From positions 672,001 to 736,000 of the forward strand of contig AE017150.2 of assembly GCA_000002445.1 (NCBI GenBank): DNA of 64,000 nt, written 5' to 3'. The position numbers were made by a program, and so were the translations under genes. Below, in pieces: positions 12,519-22,401 of this stretch. Position 1 is the first letter of the stretch, and each line of letters begins with the position of its first letter. Source of the DNA: Trypanosoma brucei (Eukaryota). The notes under the pieces are model-generated. The model did no database searches. It was not told the origin of the DNA and saw nothing but the letters and a program-made list of their open reading frames with translations.

Positions 12519-14754
12519 CTGAGTAGCGAATTATACTTGCCCATCAATCAGTTGTTTATTTTCATTTTTGTTTGTTTAATAATTTAATTTGCGTTTATTA
12601 CAAATCTCTTCACTTCGTTTTACCTCCCATTTGTCTTTTCTTCACTTCTGCCCTTATTTTCTTTTTTTTGTTCATATTTCCTATTTTTTAAAAAAATTTT
12701 CGTTCACACGTAATTTGGCTACACCGTGCAACTGTCAAGCAAACAACCAACCAACCAACCAACCAACCAAACAAACAAACAAACACACAGCAATTTTTTT
12801 TTGTTAAATGAGCCGGGAAATATAGAAATCATTAAAAAAGAAAAGAAAGAAAAAGAATGAAAAAGAAGAGGGGAAAGGGGGAGAGACTCATATCATCACA
12901 TGCCTTTCGGATATTATATTAAATACATGCGCAACATCGTACTTGTTTTATTTAATTTGCGTGCATGTGTAATTGAGAGCATGAATTTGCTTCAACCATT
13001 ACAATTAGAAGCGACACGGGACGAATACGACCGCAACTTTTATCCTTTCAATAAATATTCCACACGATTCCGCTGCACTGCGTTATTTAATTTCATTTTT
13101 AAATATTACAAATAAATATATAAATATATATATATTTATTTATATATATTCACTCCACCTTCCCATTCACCTTAACGTTTTTATTGCGCCCTTTTCCCCC
13201 CTCTCCGTTTTCAACTGTGTTTCTCCCACTTTTGAATCACAACACATATTTCTATAAATGTATGTTTGTTATTGATAATTGCTTCACTTGGACCTTCTCG
13301 TTATTGTTTTGTTTTATTTGTCTTTTTGATATTTTATTAACTTTTTAAAAAAAATTTTCCCCTTTTTTCCCATTTCTCTCTTTTCTTCCTTAAATACATT
13401 TATTCAAACATGTTCTTTTTCTCCTCCTCCTCCCCAAAGACACATGCATGCGCTTGCGTATCCTTGTCTTACTTTTTCTTTTTCTCTTTCTTTCTTCCTT
13501 CGAAAAGAAAACTAAAAAAAAAAATTCACCTGTGTTTCGTTCCTCAAAGATCAGATACAACTGTTTCCGCCAATAACAATAATAATGATAGTAACAGTAA
13601 TATCAAAAGGTATAAATAAAATATACAAATATATACCGATATTTCACAATTAATACAAGTAAGTGACGCAACATAGAAAACAAAACAAAACAAAATCGAG
13701 AAGGGAAGCTAGAACAAGAACATATGCACACATACATATACACAGAGACATACACATACATATACACGAATAAAGGTAAATCAAACTGTTAAGGAATGGC
13801 TGAGGGAGTTAAATAAATAAAAAAAAGTAAAGGAAAGAACAACAACAACGAAAACAACAACAACAACAAAGAAACATAACAAAAAAAAGAGAGCTGAGTT
13901 TCCACAAACGTACGTGAACTCTTCTTTATTATTATTATTATTTATTTATTTCTGGCGGGTTGATATCTAATGCCGTTGGCCCTACGACCCACGTGTTTCT
14001 TTCTTTCTACTTTTTTTTTTTAAATTTCTCTCTTCCTTTTTTTTTTTGTGAAACCATTCACTCGTTGATTTCTTTTCCTCATACATTTTTTCTTTCCGTT
14101 TTGTGCGAGTCCACGCTTCGGTATTATTATTATTATCATTATTGTTAGTGTTGGTAGTAGTAGTAGTAGTATTATCCTTGCCCATTTTTTCCTTCCTATC
14201 TCTCTGTCGTTTTTATTTCTTTTTGTCCTCCCGTTCCTTTTTTTTAAAAAAAGATAAACGAAAGGAAAAATCAAAACTAATCGCCATTTCCCACTTGAAA
14301 ACCATCAGGTATCGCCTTATATTTACTTGACACAATGCCCATGCAAAAAAATCCCCCAATTCCTCCAGTTCCACTCCATACATCCACCCGATCCCGCCCT
14401 TCTTTCTTTTTTTAAAAAAAATCTGTTTTATTTGATAACGACAACCCAAATGCCAAACTTTCGATATTGTTTTTTTCTTTTTTTTAACGCTCCGTCACGT
14501 GCCTTCGGCCAGCATGATTTGCATTAACGCTATTTTTTTGTTCCTTCATACATATATGTACAATTCTTCCTGTTCCTCTTCGTATATATTTATATATTTA
14601 TTTCTTCATCTTCCTATTCACTCATTTTCTCTGCTTTCTTCTTTATTTTATTTTTTCTGATATATATATATATATATCATATATTATTTCACTTATTACC
14701 TCTGCCGTTCCTTAAATACACAAACACAGTATATATATATATATGACAGCCATC

Positions 14755-16218
14755 TTAACAGAACATCTGTGGTACCATTGGATAAGACATCATTCCCATT
14801 TGCGCTGTCCCTAACCGCTGCATCGCCGCTGGACTGCTCTCAAATACCTCAATATAACGCGTGCCCATCATTGCACCATTTCTATCAAGTGCCAAAAGCA
14901 CATCATTTCTGTCCTCAACCTCCACGAAGGCTTCTCCCGTCAGACGATTACGCTCATCATAAACCATATGAACCCCTTGCGGCGGGATTTTTACACCAGC
15001 GAAGAACTCCGCAATGGCCTCCTCTGAGGCGCTGTATGGCACGCCACGAATTCGCACAACGAAGGGACTCGGCTGCCGCGCCACCACCAGCGATGACTGC
15101 CCAGGGAAAACTGGAAGAAATGGTGGCGGTGGAGCTCCGCCAGCACCGGGGGGATATGGCGCGGAAGGTCCTTCGGCAACAATTCCTCCACCGCCAACAA
15201 TCCCCCGCTCATCGCTGAACCGGCGATACGGTTGATTGTTCATGGAGTAACGGACATCTCGTCCATCACCACCACCACGCGGATTCATGAAAGAGTTATT
15301 ATGAGGACTGTAGTGATGAAACTGTTGGGCTTGACGATGATGTTGGTGGTTATGGTAGTAGTTTTGCATTTGCGCACTGTGGTGTTGGGCGTGGTGATGG
15401 TTGTTATGGTATTGATGGTGAAATGGCCTCTGGCCCCCAAACCCCAACGGTTGCATGTAACCCTCATAAGTAGTTGGAACAAAAGGGTCAATAATCCGCT
15501 GGACCATCATCGACTCATGGCCCTGGTGGTGCGAAACATCGCCATCCGTGACACTTATTTCATACCCACGACCGCTTCGTCGACCCCGCCGCGAGCGCTG
15601 ACTGGAGGCTCGCATGATGGCATCGCGATCATATACAGTAGAGGGCAGAACTTCAATGTAACGATTGCCCATTGCTTTGCTATGAAGAAGTTTGACACGC
15701 TTCACATCTTCCTCTGATGCGAGCTCAATGAAGGCATCTCCGGTGTTCCTCCCGTCCATGTCACGGCAGATGTCAATGCTCAATACACCTTCCATAGATT
15801 CAATGAAGGTTCGTACATCATCTTCCGTAGCCGCAAAGGGGAGCCCGCGAAGCCGCAGAACGCAAGCCTTATTGCTTTGCTCTTGTTGCTCCATAATACG
15901 CTGTCGCTCCTCCTCTGATGATGTGGAGATCTCAACGTAGCGGGTTTCATCTATGTTTTGGCGATGCAGGCGGTTAATTGCCAACGCCGCGTCCTCCGCG
16001 TTACGAAGTCGAACAAACCCTGTCCCGCGATGAAGGCCCTCAACAAAAAATACAATGGGCTCTTCATCTGCCAAACTAAATGATCCAAAAAACTCCCGAA
16101 TCTTTTCCTCTTTGATGGAGTACGGTAGCCCGTAAAGCCTTAACACCGCGGCTCCCTCTGGCCGGGGACTTTGGCTTCTTTGCTGTTGTTGTTGTTGCTG
16201 CTCAGGAGACTGTTCCAT
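14755..16218 (-). CDS. HNRNPH/F: hnRNP F/H-type RNA-binding protein with three quasi-RRM domains and a His/Gln/Asn-rich low-complexity centre.
   Basis: 487-aa ORF. Three RRM-like modules begin VLRLYGLPYSIKEEKIREFF, VLRLRGLPFAATEDDVRTFI and VVRIRGVPYSASEEAIAEFF. This is the hnRNP F/H qRRM signature (R-G-L-P-[YF/W] instead of canonical RNP1/RNP2). N-terminal poly-Q (QQQQQQQ). A central H/Q/N/Y-rich stretch (HHQYHNNHHHAQHHSAQMQNYYHNHQHHRQAQQFHHY). Confidence 0.85.
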   Translation of the reverse strand: MEQSPEQQQQQQQRSQSPRPEGAAVLRLYGLPYSIKEEKIREFFGSFSLADEEPIVFFVEGLHRGTGFVRLRNAEDAALAINRLHRQNIDETRYVEISTSSEEERQRIMEQQEQSNKACVLRLRGLPFAATEDDVRTFIESMEGVLSIDICRDMDGRNTGDAFIELASEEDVKRVKLLHSKAMGNRYIEVLPSTVYDRDAIMRASSQRSRRGRRSGRGYEISVTDGDVSHHQGHESMMVQRIIDPFVPTTYEGYMQPLGFGGQRPFHHQYHNNHHHAQHHSAQMQNYYHNHQHHRQAQQFHHYSPHNNSFMNPRGGGDGRDVRYSMNNQPYRRFSDERGIVGGGGIVAEGPSAPYPPGAGGAPPPPFLPVFPGQSSLVVARQPSPFVVRIRGVPYSASEEAIAEFFAGVKIPPQGVHMVYDERNRLTGEAFVEVEDRNDVLLALDRNGAMMGTRYIEVFESSPAAMQRLGTAQMGMMSYPMVPQMFC

Positions 16219-16642
16219 GACGAGTGTTGTGTCTGTTGTAGCTTCGTTTTCAACCAGTAGGGGAAAACCTTTACTTCCCTTCCCTTCCCTCTTCTTCTCT
16301 TCTCTCTTTTTTTTTCCTTCTTACTGCCTTTTTCTCACTTCCAAACAAATTCTGGAATTATTTGTTTGTTTAGTAAGTTAAATCCTAACAGATGTTGTTT
16401 TAACAACAACAACAACAACAACTTTGCTTTCCTTGTTTCTTTTCGCTCTTCCCTCTCTAAATATGTCTTTGATAATATTAATATTGTTTCTCTTCTTCTT
16501 TTTTCCCTTTCGTGCGCGTAAAAAAAAAAAATTATGTTTAGCCTTTCTTTGGTTTGCTTTTACTTTATTTTTTTTTTAAATTTTGATTCCTCTTTTTTCT
16601 TTCCGTGTCTGTTGGGTTCCGCCCTCCGAGCGGATAAACGAA

Positions 16643-16714
16643 AATAATAATAATAATAGTAATAATAATAATAATAACAATAATAATAATAATAATATAT
16701 ATATATATATATAT
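16643..16714. repeat. Compound (AAT)n-(TA)n microsatellite (U-rich in the minus-sense transcript), ~430 nt upstream of the hnRNP F/H start.
   Basis: aataataataataatagtaataataataataataacaataataataataataata runs directly into (at)9. On the transcribed (minus) strand this reads as a long U-rich/polypyrimidine-like tract. It is a candidate trans-splicing polypyrimidine signal for the downstream gene. Confidence 0.6.
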
Positions 16715-19132
16715 AAATCCAAATAAAACAAATACCGCCGAAAGTTCACGCAAGGACACACAAACACAAACACACGAAAAAATTTTTCTTTCTGTCACAC
16801 AATATATATGATATCAAATAGAGAAATGAAATGAATGAAAAGAAAAAGAATTACACTTCGAAGATTCTGTTTGTTTCACTTATTAGTTTATTAGTTTCTC
16901 GACTTTAATAATACAACGTAAGAGATTCAAAACAAAAAAAAACTTATAGTCCTAAAATCACAACACAAACTGAAAGGAAACCTCTCCGCCTAATGATACA
17001 ATACAAAGCAAAAAAAAAAAACAACAATAACAACAACAGGAGTATGGTAGCTCAAAAATTAATAACGAAATTATTAATAATAACAATAATAATCGAAGGG
17101 AGGAAAAAAGATAAGTATCGGAAAATCAGCTTAGTGCAGCGGACAAACACAAAAACAAACAAACAAAGCCGGTTGTATGCGTTTATTTATTTATTTAACT
17201 CACCCGACGTTGTTTCCTTTTTTTTTCTTCTTTTTTCTCTTTGATTCCCTTAGCCGTCAAATTACGTTGCCGTTTCGATATGGTAAGGAACCGCTGCCGC
17301 AGTGCGTAATGCTGCTCGCAACTTATTTATCCCAAAAAAAATTTTTTTTTTAAAAAAAGAGAAAATCAAAAACCTTCTTTTCCTTTTATTTTTATTTTAT
17401 TTTATTCTTATCTTGTTTTATTTGTTTGTTTACCTTCTCTTCTTTCACTCGCTGCTTTGTACGTAAGATTCGGTTTCACGCGTAAGCAACCACTAGTTAT
17501 TTGTTGTTGTTGTTGTTATATTTTTATTTTTTTTTTATAAAAAAAAAAACAACCGATTTCTTTTTCTTTCCCCTTTTCTCTCTTTTGATGCTCAAACACA
17601 CACACACACACAGGAATGACGGATTTAGCTGAGTAGGCGGGTTTTTTTTTTCCAGTTACTCTCGCTTTTTTTTTCTTGTTTGGTTGTTTTTCTTCCTTCT
17701 TTTTCGCTTCACCTCTTTTCCTTCCCCCGCACGCTTCCGTTCTTGTCGTTGTTTTGGCGTCTAATCACACAAACGAACAAATAAAACAACAAGTCAAAAA
17801 CACACTAAAGAAAACGAAAACGAAAAAAAAAAAGAAGCGTTACTAAATTAAACTAACTATATATATATATATGTCTCCCTTTTCCAAATCCCTTTTATTT
17901 TTTTTTCTTCTTTTACTTTCTACGAAACTCTACACACGTTTCCCTTTCTTTCTTTCTTTCTTCCACCCACTCCCTTGTGCTCAAACTTCCTCTTCCTTCC
18001 TTCTTTCCTTTAACTCACTGAATGTCTGCCTTCCTTTCTGACCTTTTCTCTTCCTTTCCTTCACTCTTTCCGAGTATTTTTGTGCGTCTCTTTTTTTTTT
18101 TCTTTTCTCTTCTTTTCTTTTTCCCCCTCCCTTCTACTTTCTTCTTACGCTCTCACGTATGCACTGTCACTTGACTGTACACAACACAGACACAAAAGTA
18201 AACAAAACAAAACAAAAAACAAAAAACAAAAAAAAACAAAAAACAGAAGCCCCAAAGTGCCGCTTTGTTTAATTTTATTACCTTTTTTGGTATTTGGTGT
18301 TGTTCTTCGCTCTTAGTTATATAACCTCCGGTACTGTAGGTCGTAAGGGATATAACGTCAATGTATAAATATATAAATCAATATCAATATATTGAGTTGT
18401 TACCACTTAGCTCCCGTCCTGAGGTTTTTGTTCCTTGAACGTGACCTCGCCAGTCGTTTTTTTCCTTCTTTCCTCCCCTTCCTTTTCTTTTCTTCCAAAA
18501 ATCCTTCTAGTTTGTTCTCTCACTTCTCCGTCTCCGTCTGTTTGCTTTTTGAATATATATATATATATATAATTTTTTAGATATATATATATATATATAT
18601 ATGTTGGATCTTCACTATTGTCCCTTCTTCTTTGTTCCCCTTTTAGTTCGGAAATGAGTAATAAGAGATGGGGAAAAAAGAAAACAAATAAATAAATGAA
18701 AGCAAGGGACACGAATATGTATATTCAATTTTTTTTTGCATTGTTTAAATAAGGAACAACGTAAGAGATTAGGGACGTTAGTACAGATAATAACGGTAAT
18801 AACGGCGATGTTGGGAAAGAATTTTGGAAGAATAGAAATACGTTGCCAAAAGATAATATTTGGCTACATGTCCAATGTTTATCCTATCGCGTTGACATGT
18901 GCTTCATCAACGACTGCACAATCACCAAAAGAACGGCGTTCGCACAAAAGCAAAATCAACCATTTTTTCAAAAAAAAAAAATGAAACATTCAAAGAACCA
19001 AACCAAGTCGATATTGTTTCATTTAACCCTTCTCCCCATCCTCCCCCCCCCCAAAAAAGACAACACACACACACAGTCGTACATATCCATTCACTCATTC
19101 ATCACTCTTGCATCAAACGTTGCCGTAATCCT

Positions 19133-20701
19133 TCAAAACTGTGTGAAGAGTAGCGCAGTACTCATGCCGCCAAACCCAAAACTGGTTGAGAGAACTGCTT
19201 CTCCCTTAAATGCACAGGCGGTGGTCCCCTGCACGAGTTGAATGGCGCCGGATGCCGGAAATGATGGGACGTGGAGGTTAACATTTGGTGGAGCCCGCTG
19301 CTCATGAAGTGCCATAACAGCCACTGCCGCTTCGACACTTCCCGCAGCTCCCAACAAGTGACCAATACCGCCCTTCACGCTGCTCACCAACAGCGGTGAG
19401 TTGCGAATAATAGCGGATTTATTATCGCTGCCATCGGTACCGTTTAGAACAGCTTCAATTGCATGGAGCTCCAAGTCGTCTCCAATTGTTCCCGTAGCGT
19501 GTGCATTGACATAAGCAACACATGCAGCAGGAACATCACCACCGTCACGTAAGGCGGAGCGGAGGCACAGCTTTGCCCCGTAACCATCAGGACGCGGTGC
19601 AGCAACATCATGTGCATCGGAGGAGGTACCAAATCCGCGTAACTCAGCAATTATGTGAGCACCCCGTTCCCGTGCGTGTTCCAATGACTCCAAGACCAAA
19701 ACACCAGCACCTTCACCCATAATGAAACCTGCGCGATCTTTGTCGAAAGGACGAGACGCCTCCTGTGGACGGTTATTGTACTTGGTGCACAACGCCCGCA
19801 TGCGTGAGAAACCGGCGATGGCAACGGGAGTAATACACGCTTCAGCAGACCCACAAATGACAACATCAGCACGTCCCTGTTGTATCCAGCTTGCCGATTC
19901 ACCAATACAATGGCCTCCAGTGGCACATGCGCCCACGGAACTACCAACTGGTCCATGGACATTGTACGTCATCGCAACGAGTCCTGTCAGCATATTACCG
20001 AGGATCTTCGGGACGAAAAGGGGGCTGATGCTGTTGTAACGTATCTGTGCGGGATCTGCAAATAGATTATACGCGGCGTCGCACACATCAACGAGCGAAG
20101 GCATACCCACGCCCAAATTCACACCAATGCGCTCCGCGGAACATGATGAAGCGATCCGCCTCTCCGGAGCAGACGACCGTTTAGAGTTATCTGAAGCTGC
20201 CTCATTTGGATGGGCGACGGCCCCCGAAGGTAAAGCACAAAATACGTCTGTACCAATGAGTTTGGCGTGAATAAGTGCCTCTCGCACAGCATGCAGTGCA
20301 AATCGTGTAGCCCGCGTCTCACGGGAAGTGGGTGCAAAGTTAGGCAGGTCGGTTGTTGACACCAACTCTCCGATAACGGGGGCAGCGACCTGACACGGCA
20401 TGGCAGCAAGCAATTCCTCGCGTCGCTTTCCTTTTTCTTCCGTTGTGAGACGCCTGTCAGAATCAATGGAAGAGGGAAAGAAAAATGGTGCTTCTCGCAA
20501 CGCGCGTGTTGCTGACTTTCCCTCGCACAAAGCAGACCATGTGGACTGAGCGCCGACACCTAACGGCGTGACGGCTCCGAGACCCGTAACAACCACACGG
20601 CGGCGCACTTGTGGGGGGAACGTTCCAAATGCCATGCTGTTCTTTTTTCCTCTACCTTCTTTTTGTGTATGCCCCTGCTCAATATGGCCAGTTCTGCGCA
20701 C
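19133..20701 (-). CDS. KAS: 3-oxoacyl-[acyl-carrier-protein] synthase (beta-ketoacyl-ACP synthase, KAS I/II type), probably mitochondrial type II FAS.
   Basis: 522-aa ORF. Thiolase-fold condensing-enzyme motifs are present. N-terminal VVVTGLGAVTPLGVG. Active-site Cys context GPVGSSVGACATGGHCIGESASWIQQGRADVVICGSAEA. His motifs NAHATGTIGDDLE and GGIGHLLGAAG. C-terminal FGFGG. The start may be the internal ATG at 20633..20635 (MAFGTFPPQVRRRVVVTGLG), or the annotated upstream ATG if the Arg-rich leader is a presequence. Confidence 0.9.
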   Translation of the reverse strand: MRRTGHIEQGHTQKEGRGKKNSMAFGTFPPQVRRRVVVTGLGAVTPLGVGAQSTWSALCEGKSATRALREAPFFFPSSIDSDRRLTTEEKGKRREELLAAMPCQVAAPVIGELVSTTDLPNFAPTSRETRATRFALHAVREALIHAKLIGTDVFCALPSGAVAHPNEAASDNSKRSSAPERRIASSCSAERIGVNLGVGMPSLVDVCDAAYNLFADPAQIRYNSISPLFVPKILGNMLTGLVAMTYNVHGPVGSSVGACATGGHCIGESASWIQQGRADVVICGSAEACITPVAIAGFSRMRALCTKYNNRPQEASRPFDKDRAGFIMGEGAGVLVLESLEHARERGAHIIAELRGFGTSSDAHDVAAPRPDGYGAKLCLRSALRDGGDVPAACVAYVNAHATGTIGDDLELHAIEAVLNGTDGSDNKSAIIRNSPLLVSSVKGGIGHLLGAAGSVEAAVAVMALHEQRAPPNVNLHVPSFPASGAIQLVQGTTACAFKGEAVLSTSFGFGGMSTALLFTQF

Positions 20702-21069
20702 GTATACGTTACTGCGTTAAAGGTGTGAGACACCCAGTGGTGATATATATACGAGTTGTGTTTGCCCGTTGTTCTTCTCCCTATGTTTTTGTTACCGTTG
20801 CTACGGTTTCACATGTACCTGTACCAATCTTTCTAAATGAATGAGAAACAACAGTCCACGTTGCCGACACTCCTCACAAGAAAGTGACACCAAACCAGAA
20901 TGTAAATCACTCTTCCCTGCTCCGTAAAGAAACAAAGCCCAGTAAACACCTAGTACACCGTCACCGACGCAAGCACCGCCTTTTAGTTACCACTGTACTG
21001 ATACCATACCACCATTTACACCAGCAAGCAGCAATCGCAACGCGTGTCGCAGTGCAAGAATCACCTCGT

Positions 21070-21639
21070 CTACTTGCGCCTAGAATAAACAGCCTGCGTA
21101 GTTGCCTGCCGCACGTAGGAACCACGTGACAGACCCCGTGAGGCGCTGAAATTTCTCAACCCCGGCAGCATGTGACCTGAAACTATTTGCAATTGGTCCC
21201 ACAACCCGTCTACGGATTGCGCGCCACGCTCCCGGGAAGCCACTGCCCGCGCTCGTACTGATCGTGATTCCATGAGGCCGCGCTGGACGTTAAGAATGCC
21301 TTCACCCCGGCGAATGGCAGCTGAGATTAACTTCGGAGCTGAGAGGTGGCGACGGCTATGGAACTCGTTGCGCAGACGAAAGAGAAGATCCGCACGCTCC
21401 TGAGGTGGGTGCTGATAAATCAGTTTCAGTAAGTCGCGATACAAATGCAACACATCCTGCGCCCGGTAGGGGAAGTTATAAAATGACGGAACCGCCGTAC
21501 CAAGAACCTGCGGCTCACGTCCCCTCGCAAGGCTACGCAGGCAACAAGAAAACATAACCCCGCCTCGGTTCCCGCTTTGGGGAAGGGATATAACAGGGGA
21601 CCTTCGAAAACCGAAATGGTGAAGCTGTGGGCGGTTCAC
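21070..21639 (-). CDS. Small LYR-motif (Complex1_LYR/ISD11-like family) protein, putatively mitochondrial.
   Basis: ORF contains VLHLYRDLLKLIYQHPPQERADLLFRLRNEFHSRR. This is the L-x-x-L-Y-R..L[KR] signature with the downstream conserved Phe of the LYR family. The likely true start is the internal Met (MFSCCLRSLARG..., about 21555), giving ~161 aa. The rest is low-complexity Arg/Ser. Confidence 0.5.
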   Translation of the reverse strand: MNRPQLHHFGFRRSPVISLPQSGNRGGVMFSCCLRSLARGREPQVLGTAVPSFYNFPYRAQDVLHLYRDLLKLIYQHPPQERADLLFRLRNEFHSRRHLSAPKLISAAIRRGEGILNVQRGLMESRSVRARAVASRERGAQSVDGLWDQLQIVSGHMLPGLRNFSASRGLSRGSYVRQATTQAVYSRRK

Positions 21640-22401
21640 TGTATTTCCGATGTTTCAGTACCGAGCCTGTTAATGAATATATAAACGTAGTTGTATGTGT
21701 AAATGTATATATCTTTACCCACACACGCCACAAACAGTATCGGTAAAAGAGATGAATTACAAGGAATGAACCGTGAAGTTCACGAAAATGCGCTTCCCTC
21801 CCTTTTTCAGTCCCCCTTCTGATATTCGGAGCTTCAGTAGGGCGACCTAGGAAAAGTGCAATGGGGGTAACCACAATTGCGCTGTGTTAAATGCAGGCAG
21901 AGAGTGAAGAGTGTGAGGTAAATGAGATGAGAAACCCGAAGTAGCACAAGACAGATTGCGCGAAATGAAGGTCACAGAAACAGTTATTTCTAAAGTAAAA
22001 CGGAATCTCGAACTACAAAGTAGGTAAAAGTACACGAGGAGTAGAGGCATCAACAGCACTGACGGCCAGAAGTAAAAATAATAAAAAACAGGGAGAACTT
22101 CAAGATGTTACAAACACCGCCAGAGCTAATCTATAAAAAACATTTCACTCTATAACGGCACAAAACGTAAGTGACGCATGTACGCTACACAATAACCCAC
22201 AAATTTTTTGGCTACTCAGTTTCTAATATGACTTTAAGTTTTGGGGGCCTTTTTTTTTATTTTGATTCTACCCAACTCACGTGAACCCCAAGAACGCCCT
22301 CACTTCCACCTGATGAGTATCTTTGATAGTGTCGTGTGTACAGCTTACACGAAACATTTCTCTGCAACCCGTAACTCAGACTCAGGCAACTATCTTTCCC
22401 G

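Noticed and set aside
20119-20559. 146-aa minus-strand ORF nested in the KAS gene in another frame.
   Set aside because: It lies entirely inside a well-supported CDS, has no motif, and its composition is typical of an alternative-frame artefact.
21533-21874. 113-aa minus ORF overlapping the start of the LYR-motif ORF.
   Set aside because: It overlaps the LYR ORF in a different frame, with low-complexity sequence and no motif. More likely 5'-flank translation.
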